From: Amoebidium appalachense
Lineage: Eukaryota; Protista; Ichthyosporea
Direction of reading: 5' to 3'
Assembly: GCA_963693365.1 (NCBI GenBank)
Contig: CAVNZM010000002.1
Span: forward strand, 868,001 to 932,000
Length of the DNA stretch: 64,000 nt
Of this stretch, positions 28,305 through 63,622 are shown piece after piece; within the stretch, counting starts at the first letter, position 1, and each line of letters begins with the position of its first letter. The notes beneath the pieces are model-generated. The model was not told the DNA's origin. It searched no databases and worked only from the letters and a program-made list of their open reading frames with translations. The position numbers and the translations under genes are program-made.

Positions 28305-33205
<4,901 letters not shown>

Positions 33206-33633
33206 CGCACAGTTGCATGCCTCCCACCTCCCATCTCGCTTTCTCTTATACTCCCCCCTCCCCCTCCACCCCCCTTCCACCCACTCTGTTTCTCCCTTCC
33301 CCCCCCCCCCCCCCCCCCCCCTTCCCCCCGTCTCTCCCTCTATCTCTCTCTACCCCCCCCCCCCCCCTCCCCTTTGGCCGCCCGCCTTCCCCGCCCCTCC
33401 TTGTCCGGTGTTGTGTGGGCTACAATAAAAGGTCTCGTTTTTGGCGGATGTAATTTGGAGTTAGAGGTTGTCGGACAGTGTCTCATCAATACTCTGCTGG
33501 ACTTTATCCCTCCCTGTTGATAATGACTGGTTTTTGTGCATGTTGCCTGCACATTATTTTCGTTTTCCGTTTTATTTGCCACTGGATTTTGCTGCCTTCA
33601 GTGGTTTCAGTTTTAACCCCCCCCCTCCCCCCC

Positions 33634-33757
33634 CTCCCTGAGGATGGGCTCTGCTTATGACGCATACTGTGCGCATGGCTGATGTTGCATACTTGAATGT
33701 TTGCCTTTGCATGTGCCCTTCGTGTATGCGTACTTCGTACCGTGTTCCGCATTCAAA
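33634..33757 (+). mobile_element. Truncated copy C of the same element
   Basis: Matches the C-run-proximal ~125 nt of copies A/B (CCTGAGGATGGGCTCTGCTTATGAC...CATTCAAA-Cn), with C-runs on both sides. Confidence 0.88.
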
Positions 33758-33787
33758 CCCCCCCCCCAACCACCACCACCACCACCA

Positions 33788-33880
<93 letters not shown>

Positions 33881-34995
33881 TGCATGCACGAAAAAAAAAA
33901 AAAGAAAGAAAGAAAAAGAAAAAAAGAAAGAAAAGAAAAGAAAAGAAAAGAAAAGAAAAGAAAGAAAAGAAAAGTGAAGGGATGGGGGGGGAAAGGAACA
34001 AAAAATGGCACTTTGCCCTATACCCCAACCACACACGTATTATCTACCACTCTAAGCTTGTTGCGCCCTGCAGTGCAATGCATGTGGGAGACTGCAATTG
34101 CATGCCTGCTGACCGATGTGGGATGGGGAACCTACAGAAACACGTGCGCTGAAGAATTCTTGTATTCTTGTCAGACCTCGGGTGCCACAAGAGCCGACAA
34201 ATGGAACCATAGCCGTTCGGCAATAATGCCGGTGGTGTATATTTACATTTGCGCAGTATGTTTTTGTCGTATTTGTTTTGAATCGGCACAATTTATGTTG
34301 TGTGGCGATACGGTTGTCGACATTACACAGGATAATTATACCTTTAATCCGATTATATTACGTTCCTTTCAAAATTGGTTTTCGAAGTCATAATTCCACG
34401 TTTAGTGCTTAGTGTGCATGATACAAATGCGATGTCGCTGTAATAACAAGCAAATATTTTTATATATGTTAGGTTGTGGATGGAGTTTACCGAGCTAGAA
34501 ATTCATATATCGCTGTGCCCATGTAATTTCTGTGTACTGTGTGCACACGGTTACCGTGCATTTCCTCCACATGTATATAAAAGTTTCCAATGATGGCATG
34601 CTACATACGGTGGACACGTCTTATCCGGCGGCCCACAAAATCCTGACTGTGATCAATATCACCTGGCACACACAGTCAAAGGTATTTGCCGCATTGAATC
34701 CACTATCATAGCACTCTGGTGAACGTTAGCGCAATGCACACGACAGGTAGGGGGGACGCTCGAAACATATCAGTACTCGCATGGCATACGGCAACACCAC
34801 AAACTCTATGCAAATTATGTTTGAATTACGTGGGCCGCTGCACAAAAGGATCCACGTATACATGCATATATGTACATATATGCACGTCTTAAAGCTTTAA
34901 TTTCAGAACGTGAAGCCTTGAAGGGAAGGAGGGACTCGGAAATCCGAAAGGCGGGGTGTGTGCGTGTCACGGTATGCGTGCGTGTGTCACCGGGT

Positions 34996-35029
<34 letters not shown>

Positions 35030-35031
<2 letters not shown>

Positions 35032-35676
35032 TATTTAGTAGAAATATTAATTCCACTAATTCAGATTTCAGATCTCTAAAATTCCGATTTTACCATTTTC
35101 TGGATTTAGGATTTTTAATTTGCCACTTACTTATTAAACATGTACACAATCACAAGATAATCACGCAATATAACAAATGGAAAAAGATACCACACAACAC
35201 TAGACCCGATGAAAGCATACACCTTGAAAAACTAAGCCTTATGTCTCGTTTTATATATACTGACCGCCTCAACCATATTGCCAAATATGGCACTCGCAAG
35301 TGTATAACACCTAAATACATATTACCTTCCTGTAGAACTGGTCTTTCTCTAGCTGATGGTATTATTGATCAATTACCACGCTTTTACTGTACACGTGCTA
35401 TACAGTGGAGATCTAATAAGTATAAGGTGGCATCATTTGCATGCCCAAACAACACACACACACACCAGTTTAACCGGTCATGTATCGCCAAATGTAGTTT
35501 GATAGACCACATAATACCGCAACACACACACGTCACATTCACAACAGACACCCAGAAAGATAGCCTACCTGTAAATTACAACATCCTTGATTTTATACTA
35601 AACACGCGTAACTACGACCTGTTTATTAGATGTATTGATTGGCTTGAGAAACACATCACTACAAAATTATAGCGCA

Positions 35677-35743
<67 letters not shown>

Positions 35744-35775
35744 CCAGCTGATACCGAGTGTCCCGAGGGGAGCCC

Positions 35776-35839
<64 letters not shown>
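35030..35839 (+). mobile_element. 5'-truncated non-LTR retrotransposon-like 3' end (ORF C-terminus, (CA)n, hairpin, poly-A)
   Basis: An AT-rich ~200-codon open frame ends at TAG 35672 (contains RAIQWRSNK..CP..HQFNRSC). It is followed by (CA)n, a GGGGAGCCCC hairpin and a ~60-nt A tail at 35779-35839. No RT motif is visible, so the class is inferred from architecture. Confidence 0.55.
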
Positions 35840-35840
<1 letters not shown>

Positions 35841-36097
35841 GGGGAACCCCAACTAATTGATTTCTCCTTGTAGTCTTTATGGTGTCTCGTAGAGAAAGTA
35901 AACCCTGATATATAGTCACCACCCGACATCTATGTACGTGATCATGATATACCGCTGAGGGGATATTCCGAGCAAAACCCCCCCCCCATACCTGAGACTG
36001 GTTCTCTTTGCCTCGAGTAAACAGCGTAAACCCCATCTTATATCCTGACGGAAGCTTGGAAAGAAAGTAGAGTAGAGGGACAAGTAGAAGGAGAAAA

Positions 36098-36129
<32 letters not shown>

Positions 36130-39001
36130 AGCCTAAATATCTCGCGATATATAAGGTACAGATCGCAAATGGCGCAATCGCAACGGTACCTTCAAAAGTT
36201 GTGACCATCAATTCCAATATTCTAATTTTTTGCATAAAAACAAGAGCATCCAATCGGCACTTTCTAATTGCACTTACATTTCTTGTTGTCACAGCAGTGT
36301 TTTGTCTGCACCCTTCTCCACGACTCCACGTGCTTCAACGCCTATAAAAAGCTTCTCATTCGGTCCACTTCTTATTATAACTTTTTTTTTTTCTCTTCAT
36401 ATTATAGAAATTTGTGTGTTCACCAACGACTGGGTAAGTGTTAACTGCACCAAATTGCGAAGTGCTTTGCGTGTTCACAGCGCACCTGTGCTTCGCGTTC
36501 CCTTCACGCTTAGTTTTCCAAAGCTTAACCTTGCCGCTGTCATCTGGCTTTGTATCGGACAAAGTACTGCAGAATCTTACCGCATCGTGCCAGCTTACAG
36601 GTTTAGAAACGAGAAACGTTGATGCTGTTGGTGTGGCTGTGGTGATGACTGACTTTTTCCCTCCCACCCATGGAGGATTTATGTTGTTCGGTTCATCTCT
36701 GAGCAGTCCTACTTCTTGTGTTTTTCATGTAACTGTGGAAAAACTCCATACACTAACCACCTGTGCTTCTGCAGGTTATCAATTGGTGCGGTGCCTGCCC
36801 TGAGCCTGGTGAAGTTCCACATGTTGCACTTCAGCGAGCATACGAATAAATCTGACATTGTCTCAAATACAAGACCCGTGGTTCTGTTTACTTGGACTTT
36901 GCCCACTTTGCCATGGCACTTATGGGTGTGTGCCTGTTTGCTTCTTGCATCTCACCGGCACCCGTTCTTGCTGCCGCCAAGCTTTGGACGCCTTCCCGAT
37001 TATGGCTGTTAAAGCTCAACCAATCCATTGCCCTACACGTCTACACCGCACAAAATCCACCCCCCCTCCCCCTCTCTTCCCCTGACTTGTTCCCCCGATA
37101 TGCTCATCTTCCCATCTTTTTACCACAAGGCTTGAGTCTACTGTCGATTTGCTGCGCAACTTGTTTGATTACTTCCATGTCGGAAGTATACCTTCGTATC
37201 CACGTAATGGCTACTCGTTGCGTTCGAAAGAGCGAGACAAACAGTTGATACGGAGTGGGCTCTGCACGTGCCCGATATGAAATTTTATTTTCGAGTATTT
37301 TGTCCTCTTCTCCTAGGACATGTCACTTGCAATCAAAGAGAGCATACAGTACACCTTGAAGGTAGTTTGGCGGCCTTCCCTCGAGATCTTGCGGAGCTTG
37401 TGCCGGCTTTGAAATACTGCAATATATTGCAGCTGAACAGAAAGTTCAAGGGTGCACGTGAATGAGCGTCCTGGGTGCTAAGCACAAGTATCATAGTAGA
37501 GAGTACTATGTAAATGGTCAGTTTCTTATAATTTTTTCGCTGTGCTAGTACCAGCTGCAGTCGACGAGTCGTCAGCCTGTGCCAGGTGAGGGTCCATGAT
37601 CGGCAGCTACTGCATGCTGAGAACTTGGCGCGTGGCCCAACGGGAGGGAGCTGGGGGGCTTGTTCAAGTGTCACAGGTTCTTTCTGCTGTGGTCATACAA
37701 TGGCCAGTGGTGCTGTGGCACTGCTGTCGCTGTTAGCCAGGTGGCAGCCGGGCCCGCGGATTCTGCGGCCCGCGGGCCCAGTACACTTTTCCCTGGGCCA
37801 GGTGGGCACGGTTCAGGTTTTCATTTAGGAATGTAAAAAGAAGGTATTTCGGATGTTTGATTGGATACAAAATACAGGCCAATCAAACATACGACGTCAC
37901 ATATCGCCTAAACTTTTAAATAATTATTTTGAGCGAACCGTTAACGTTACCAAACTTTGTCACCCAAAACTTAGCCTTCCGAACGGTCCACACAAATTTT
38001 TTTTTTTTTTTTTTTGCCCGCACAAATATCACATTTATTTCTAAAGTCACCTATATGTTAGATTATAGATAAGAAAGGATCGACAGTCCAGAAACACGTC
38101 CAACGGAAAAAATAAGCATACAATGATTTATAGATATTTAAAATTATTATAAGATAACTTACAGCCTGACATCCCATGTATCTGTTAAAGTTTCTTGGCT
38201 TCTTGAAACGCGGCTGTCGGAAAAAATGGCTCAATAACAGAAGTGAACCATGGTTCTGGGGGAGTAACGCTGGACCTCTGGGGTGACCAATGGGATACCG
38301 ATGTTTTGTCAAATGTTTTTTTCTCCTCATACTTCGTTTTTTTGTGGGCATTGACATTGGCTTTCGAAATTTCAAATCTCCATAGAGATCACCGCTTTTG
38401 AAAGTACTTTGAACTCTTTCCACACATTTTCAGTGCCCAACTCTCTCTATAAATAAAAAAGCTAGTTTCTAATATCACCTAAATGTTAGATTCTGTAAGA
38501 TTAAAACCTTTTTAGAGCCTCCTAAGCGTTTCTGGACCAATAATTCTGAAATATCAAATTAGAATGAAACAATTCCAAATGTATTTCCAGATACCCACTC
38601 ATATAGTCTAGCAGGCAAATTGTTGAGCCATGGCTCATCTGGTCATCCAAGTTCATGTTTTCACCGGCCGAACACTCCGCCGAACTTACTACATGTTTCT
38701 CTTTGAGAGTGAATGGTTTGAAAACCAACAAGCATAGTCATTAGACGTGTATATATCATATCCATACATCAGAATCCAATATTCAATGTAGTTTGTATGC
38801 TTTGAACACTTTTGGTTCCATTTTTCAATCGTTCAGGCGAACTCTTTAGCTGTAATTTGGGATTGTTTTGACCAAAGCACCTGAAACACTGAAGTTTATG
38901 ACAACCACACAAACAGCCAGTGTATAGAGCAAGTTCAGTTAAACGACAATTTTGTTTTGTCTCATTCAGTCTTTTTTTCCTTCCTCAGAACGAGTAAGAT
39001 T

Positions 39002-39817
39002 ATGCCACCGTTGCACAACATGACAATGGAATTACCCATGAGCTCCATCGGTGCTGGTGGTGTGGTGATGCACAGCCCAGCAGACGTGCGAACATGGCTT
39101 CAATCGCACATCCCCTTTCCACAAGAAGACTGCAATGACCAACACGTAGACCGCCTTGCACAGTGGCTATTTGACCATCGCTACGTCACGACAAAGGCCT
39201 TAGATGGTCTGGAACATTACTTGAACACACCCTGGCAAATGCTCCCCCTTCTCATGGATTTACGACTGGAACAAGAACGTGTACAGAGATTGACAGAGGA
39301 GAACGCGCAACTCAAAAGGAAATTCGACGAACTATCTGAAGGGGCGGCAGTTGTAGCCTCGAAACTCAGAGAGTTGGGCGAAAAAGAAGGGTTTAACACT
39401 GAGATCGTTCTGAATTTACGCAAGGCACTTAGTTGTGACACCCTCCCCGCAAACATCTCTCTACAGGCACCCACACCACCCCTTTCACCCAAGCAGTCCA
39501 ACGTGCAATCCCTAGAGGAAACAAAGGAAACAAATATTACACCTGCTCCCAAGGATACAGTTAACCCTGTAGATGTTCCAGAAGCAGCAGCCAAAATTGG
39601 TGTGCCTTTGCCGATTATTGCACGAGATGAACCTCGGGAGGCAGCGGCCACGGCACAAGACAAAAAACCTGCACCAAACTCGGGGGTAGGTCTGGGCGCA
39701 ACACTCACTTCAAGTGGCCAGACAGATAAGACACAGACGAAGAAGAGGGGAACTTGGGGTATGTGGGTGGCTGGAAAACTGGGTGCGGCGGTCGGCAAGC
39801 AGAGGGCAAATAAGTGA
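39002..39817 (+). CDS. Intronless 271-aa hypothetical protein (weak SAM-like N-terminal helical region, coiled coil, low-complexity tail)
   Basis: Long uninterrupted, non-repetitive ORF. SPADVRTWLQSH..DRLAQWLFDHRY loosely resembles a SAM-domain start, and LEQERVQRLTEENAQLKRKFDELSE is a coiled coil. An acceptor-like TTTCCTTCCTCAG ends at 38988, so an upstream exon may exist. Confidence 0.65.
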   Translation: MPPLHNMTMELPMSSIGAGGVVMHSPADVRTWLQSHIPFPQEDCNDQHVDRLAQWLFDHRYVTTKALDGLEHYLNTPWQMLPLLMDLRLEQERVQRLTEENAQLKRKFDELSEGAAVVASKLRELGEKEGFNTEIVLNLRKALSCDTLPANISLQAPTPPLSPKQSNVQSLEETKETNITPAPKDTVNPVDVPEAAAKIGVPLPIIARDEPREAAATAQDKKPAPNSGVGLGATLTSSGQTDKTQTKKRGTWGMWVAGKLGAAVGKQRANK

Positions 39818-40454
39818 GACGGCCTATAGGGCCGGGGCACCAAGATGGAACGCGCGGAAAGGGATATGTGAATGACAGGGACCGGGGGGGTTATGATGGC
39901 GATATAAAACATCAGGATGGATGTAGGTAGGCTGGGGGGTGTATTCTGACAATTCAGCGGATACCTATGGAGGATTGACTGCCACCGCCCGCTTCGAGAC
40001 GCGTGATGGTGTGTCTTCCAAACTCAGGCACTGTGCAGCTTTTCTTTCTGTGGTCCCAATAGTTATTGACAAGCGCGCTTAGTTATAGTTATTTAGCTGG
40101 CTGTCTTGCGCAGGCTGGACAATCTTCTTCTTGTTTATCGTCTGATCTGGTCCAGGGCTGCTGTTATTTACATGCATTAGGGATATGATCTCCTTTGTGC
40201 GTCTGTGAATGCGCTCGTGTTCGCGTGTTTGTACTTGCACACGTGTTTGTGTCTGGCTCTGCAAGTGTGGGTGCGTGTGTGGGTGGGTTTGGGTATGGGT
40301 GTGTGCACGTGCGCTTGTGAAGCTGTTCTCTTGGATGGTCATGTGGCATGTGGCACACTGTGTATGCGCAAAATCATCGTGTCGGTTACAGAGGAATATA
40401 AGGGCCGTGGTGGTGCTTGTATGGGTGTGTGCTGTGGGGCTCCCGGGAGGAGGA

Positions 40455-40495
<41 letters not shown>

Positions 40496-41123
40496 CTCTG
40501 TCGGCAATATTGTGTGCACGTATACTGTAATGGGCAAATAATTGGTGTGTTATATTCCCGACTGATATCAGCATTATGCACATTATGCCAGGGTATATCT
40601 TCCGATTGGCCGAACACAATATGACATTACTTTGTAGCCACGGACAGACGTGACACTCCCTAGCAGTATGTGCACCTGTGGTTTGCTACAAACATGTGCG
40701 CATATATGCGCCTAATTAATTAATACTCGGTATGTTACTCTTAAATATCCATTATAACTCGCAATGATAGTTAATAAATACAGAGTTTTTCACATCCAGC
40801 ACTATCCTGTGTCATTGGTGTGCACGTGAGCTTCATGACAGAGGGCCGTTTGGCAGCACGATCGCGAGGTGCACGTGTCAGATTCGAGCCCACACATGCA
40901 TGGTCATGTGCACACGTGGCACACGCAACTCAACGCACATCACGACAGCACGCACACAAAGAGCGGGCATGCATGCAGTGGCATTCCCCCCTCCCCCCCC
41001 CCCCCCCCAAAAAAAAAAAAAAAAAAAAAAAAGCAAACCGATTCATGATAACATATATATAATGATAACCTTGTCCCCCCCCCCCCCCCCCCCCCCCCCT
41101 CCCCCCCCCCCCCTCTCTCCCCC

Positions 41124-41154
<31 letters not shown>

Positions 41155-42740
41155 AAAAAAAAAAAAAGGAAAGCGAAGATAACCCGGTTGACACACACAT
41201 ACACCGTGGTACACACACACATGCGGGCGCGCACACATATAAAAACATGTGTTGTCACGTGTACACACGATTGCACATTCAGCTCGCACACCTATCACTC
41301 TATGAAGCAACACGGGTATATGTGAAGGGGGAAAGGTGTAACTAAGGGTCTCTTTTGTCTCTAATACTGCTTTCCAATTGCAAGATCCCGAAATATTAAA
41401 CGTCAGTGTGTACACATAGGTCAACCTTTCTTTACTCTTCAATGGCATTATCTATTTTGGGCGAGATATTATAATTAATTGACGAATCCTGAGTGTCCAT
41501 ATCGTTATAGTTCACATGATCAATATGGAGGGCATATATTATGTGCATTTTATTCAAACTCAGCTGATTCAGGCCTTATATGGAAGTCATCCACATGTGC
41601 ACGTGAATGTGGTCTTTATTCAGCTACATTTTTTTGTATAATACGTCATTTCCTCTCGGAAACTCTGCAATGGATTATATCTCAAACTCATATCTCTGAA
41701 ATTATATATTCTCTACATGGGTATATATACATATCATCCGATATTCGTCCTACAGGAGCAAATACGGTTATAATACACACACACATCACCACTACATACA
41801 AAATGCATTCCTATTCATACGTGCAGTCTCCTGCTATAGCTCATGCAATACATTCATGTGTTCACTTTAAATGCTTATCTCCACAAATATGCGCCATAAA
41901 TGGTCCTACGTACATGCCACCGAATCCCTTCACCACTACAGCAACTACACGTGTCTATATGGGTATAACACCCATATTCATTCGAGACTCAATATTCTCC
42001 CGATGCTAACCATTTGCATACCACGCAGTAAACTACACGAAGCAGAAGCAAGAAAAAATCAAGAACCGGCATGTGCACTCATGCGAAACAAATATCCATA
42101 TGCCAATTTGCACTAATATGGTATGTCTGTACACGAACATTCCTCAGGCTATCAATAATCACAGCTATACGGAGTTGCTACTAGGCTACAAAGGTGCATT
42201 CGGGCTGAAAATTGTGCTTTCAAAATTGCTGGAGTGTTGGAGGAGGAATAGGAAATGTGCCTCAGTGTACCCTCACAATATCTACTAGATATCATGCATA
42301 TGTACTGCCCCATAGCTCTATGTGCAGGTCATTAGACTAAAGTGTTAGTAACTCTTTCCGCGTTACCCACACTACACATTTATGTTCCTATGTTACGCGT
42401 CCCGCTTTTTTCGTTTGTACCCAACATAGCTATATTGCACCACGGAGCACCACTCACTCGATTACCCTCGTCTATGTTTAACTTGCTGTTTTATGCTGAC
42501 ACAATTTCTGACTGATTGTGGTATTTATGAATCAGCATTACACTTGCGCACATTCTGTCCCCGGTTGATAAAGAGGTGGAACCAAGAGAAAGAAACGGAG
42601 ATGGATTGTCATGGGTGTGGCCCATCAAGGGGTGGATTGTGTATGTGTGTGTGGGAGCGCGGGGGTGGGGGGGGGGGGGGGGGGGGGGGGGGGGCGGTGG
42701 GGGAGGGAGGAGGGGGGGGGGGGGGGGGAGGGGGGGGGTC

Positions 42741-60468
<17,728 letters not shown>

Positions 60469-60920
60469 AACAGACTCGTAACAGATCAGGATCTATTTGA
60501 ATCATCCCAAGTGGCAATTTGTGCGTGTTTGGGGATCAAGCGGAAGAGCGGGCGTTTCATCAATGGTGTCTATAAATGGTGTAGAAGTCAGCGATGAAAC
60601 AACCCTTTAGGATCCGCGTTTCAAGATTAAACGTCGACTTCTTAACCTCTAAGTGCAGAGCTGTGCTATGCAAGCTAACTTCTAGGTGATCTAACCAAGT
60701 TCCATTGATTAACTTGCAAAACAGCGGGAGCCGTAGTACATTCACTTCATGGTGTTCGTCGCACTGTCAAAAAGGTAGCCTGCCAACACAGCTCCCTCCC
60801 TGTCTGAAAACATATCCCGCTACCCTCGGCACAAAACATCACATATGCAAAACAAAGCTTCACAAACAAACAAGGAAACCCACGGCACAGCTCAAACTGT
60901 GCCGGTCTGAGACTCAGAGT

Positions 60921-61233
60921 CAGGGGTGTGGCGACTTGAATTCAAGTCGCGACTTGAAGCCACCAAGCTCCTGACTTGAACCAAGTCAAGTCAAGCCATG
61001 AGGCCGGACATAGGAGTGACTTGATAAAGGAAGGGGGGCTTAGGGCGGGGAAGCATAGGAGGGTGGGTGAAAAGGGGGGGCGCAATGCCCGCCCGTGGCC
61101 CAGCTGGCTGGAGGAGCTACTATAAATAGTTCCCCTCCAAGTTGCGACCTGTAAGTCAAGTTAAGTCATCAATTTCAGCTAACAATTATAATTATTAGTC
61201 AAGTCAAGTCGCTGAGGCTCTGCCACACCCCTG
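60921..61233. mobile_element. hAT-like MITE
   Basis: Perfect 12-bp TIR CAGGGGTGTGGC/GCCACACCCCTG, 8-bp flanks CTCAGAGT and CTCAGGGA (6/8 match), and many subterminal GACTTGA/TCAAGTC repeats. Confidence 0.8.
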
Positions 61234-61930
61234 CTCAGGGATTACGTAATGCTTACGTGTTGCTTGGATACCGTTCGTGAACTCTTGGCAGCTGGGGAGC
61301 TCCAGGGAAGGGGCAATGCAAGTGTGTGTGTACTAAGAGGATGAAAGTGTGTGTGTATAGACTGTACGTACATTGCACATGTGCGTGTGTCTGTGTATAC
61401 GTGTGCGTGTGTGTCGCTGTGACATAATGTGTGCGCTTACACGTGTAGTTGGTCGTGTGTGTCTGTGTGTTTTTGTGGGGGGGGGAAGGGCAGCAGACAT
61501 AAACCACAACCTCCGCACAATCATGTTGAGTAAAGTTGTTTTATTATTTATTAGTCTTTGGCTGCAGTCTGATACTCTACTGCACCATACACAGTATTCA
61601 GGTCATACTATCGTGTGTTAAGGGTCAAGGTAAACCATACGAAAGTGATGGTATAAAATACATTAATTTATACACAAGCATTCATAAAAGTACATACATA
61701 GAAACGGAAGGATTTTGTTAGGTCATTTTGATGGCCAAATGACATGTTAGACCTGGCTTTAGGTTTAGAAATTGCCCTTATAAACTACCAGACCCGCACC
61801 TCTCATAAAGTCGGAACCCAAAGCCAAACAAATCCCTCATAAACCCGGAATATAAAGTCAAGTATATATACGGTAACCCTCATTCACGTTCCATAATCGA
61901 TATTCAAATGGTCATACAATACAAATACAC

Positions 61931-62489
61931 CTAAGCCCTTGGGTAGTCCTGGACAAATGGGCTGTATTTGCGTTCCTCCCCAATGGTGGTAGGTGACCCG
62001 TGCCCGGGGAATACCCTTACGTCATCCGGTAGCTTCATCAGTTTCTGCAGGGTGGTGGGTGGGGTGGGGGTGGGGGGTGGGGGGGGGGGGGGGGGGGGGG
62101 GGGGGGTTGAATGCGGAACACGGTACGAAGTACGCATACACGAAGGGCACATGCAAAGGCAAACATTCAAGTATGCAACATCAGCCATGCGCACAGTATG
62201 CGTCATAAGCAGAGCCCATCCTCAGGGAGGGCCCAAGTCATCAATTGCGTCTGAGTTTCGACCCCTTAGCCCGCGTATATACGACTCCAACTCAGACAGC
62301 AGCATCAACTGAACTTGAGAGGGTCAACCCGTCTTGATCAAAGACGAGCAGGGTTGCTTATGCAAGCAAGGTGAGCAAAACGGTGAATATGTGTGTGCAA
62401 ATTAACGCAGTGCAGCGGAAAATGCGGATGTGCTTACAGATGCACGACACAGAGCAACCATGCCCGGTTGCATGGAAGTAAAGCGGTCT

Positions 62490-62526
<37 letters not shown>

Positions 62527-62959
62527 GATTAGGACTCCAAAACGGCGGACTATGGCACAGCAAAGAGCACTATGATATTCAACAAAAAGACCTGCAAACC
62601 ATACACCACAAACTCCACCAAGGTAAACATACACGCAAGGGAAGGTACACAGTATGAAGGGGTGGTTGAGTCTGAATGAGTGAGTGAGGTCGAGCGTGTC
62701 GAGTTCCATTGGTTTGTGTGTGCGCGGGTGACACGGCTGTGTGCAACACTGTGCGTGTGCTTGTGTGTGTGTGGGTGGGGGGTAGAATGTGTTAAAGAGT
62801 ACGATGCAAACATTTCAGATGGCTAACACAATGCTGAGTGCAAAGCACACAAGAAGAATATGCAAAATATGCAGAGCCCACATGCTCGGGAGTAGGCCAA
62901 GTCATCCACTGTATTCGAGTTGTGTGTGTGTGTGTGTGTGTATGTGTGTATGTGGGGAA

Positions 62960-63010
<51 letters not shown>

Positions 63011-63622
63011 ATACCCTGAGGCTTGCCTCCATCTGAGCCTGATTGCTGTAGGGGAAATCGGTACGGCCAATGGACCCCTGAAATAGGACATCACCTAGGG
63101 GCACATATAGAGAGTCAGACATGGTGTGTATAGACAGTGGAAGTAGCGAGAGAGTTACAGCTGTGTATATATCACAGCATATGGGGATATGGTCACACGA
63201 AACAGTGACATTATCGAGGGAGATAGGTGTGTACTGACCATGCACCCTGGTATATCATAGTGCATGGTGATCAGCTCACATAGACCACTGATATCATCGA
63301 GGACTACCAAAAACTTCCCCTCGCTAACGTGTACCCGACAGGGCCCACCGGTAGTACCTTAACATGAAACACACTGACGACGGACAACACAATGCAAAAA
63401 GGGTCTCACACAAAAGAAAGGGAGGGGGGGGAGGGGGCGACTACGCATACCGACAAAGAGCATGCCGTTCTTCTCGTCGTAAAAGGCCACATGGCCGGGA
63501 CAGTGGCCAGGCACGTACAGCACCTTGAACGTCACCTTGCCCACACTCACAGTGTCTCCCTCCGAGAGCTCATGATCGGGCGGGGGAGGTGGGCGCAACG
63601 ACCCTACACCGAACATTCGTGC
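61931..63622 (-). CDS. Metallo-beta-lactamase-fold hydrolase, YcbL/GloC (glyoxalase II-like) type, last three exons; 5' part not identified, probably beyond the window
   Basis: Exons 63622-63451, 63094-63015 and 62044-61931 give VLYVPGHCPGHVAFY..LFVGDVLFQGSIGRTDFP..LMKLPDDVRVFPGHGSPTTIGEERKYSPFV*, the typical C-terminal half of bacterial YcbL-like MBL proteins. Confidence 0.9.
62107..62383 (-). mobile_element. C-run-anchored structured SINE-like element, apparently full-length copy A
   Basis: The plus strand reads Gn-TTGAATGCGGAACACGGTACGAAG...CAGGGTTGCTTATGCAAGCAAGGTGAGCAAAACGG and aligns with 30926-31217. Lies in the last MBL intron. Confidence 0.88.
62783..62921 (-). mobile_element. Diverged fragment of the C-run-anchored element
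   Basis: GGTAGAATGTGTTAAAGAGTACGA...GCAGAGCCCA...CCAAGTCATCCACTGTATTCGAGTT is colinear with copy D. Confidence 0.65.

Noticed and set aside
39217-39912. 231-aa minus-strand ORF
   Set aside because: Antisense shadow of the 39002-39817 ORF, with no recognisable features.
60930-61212. CRISPR-like or operator array of TCAAGTC/GACTTGA
   Set aside because: Units are 7 bp, irregularly spaced and in both orientations, and are explained as MITE subterminal repeats. The context is eukaryotic and no cas genes are present.
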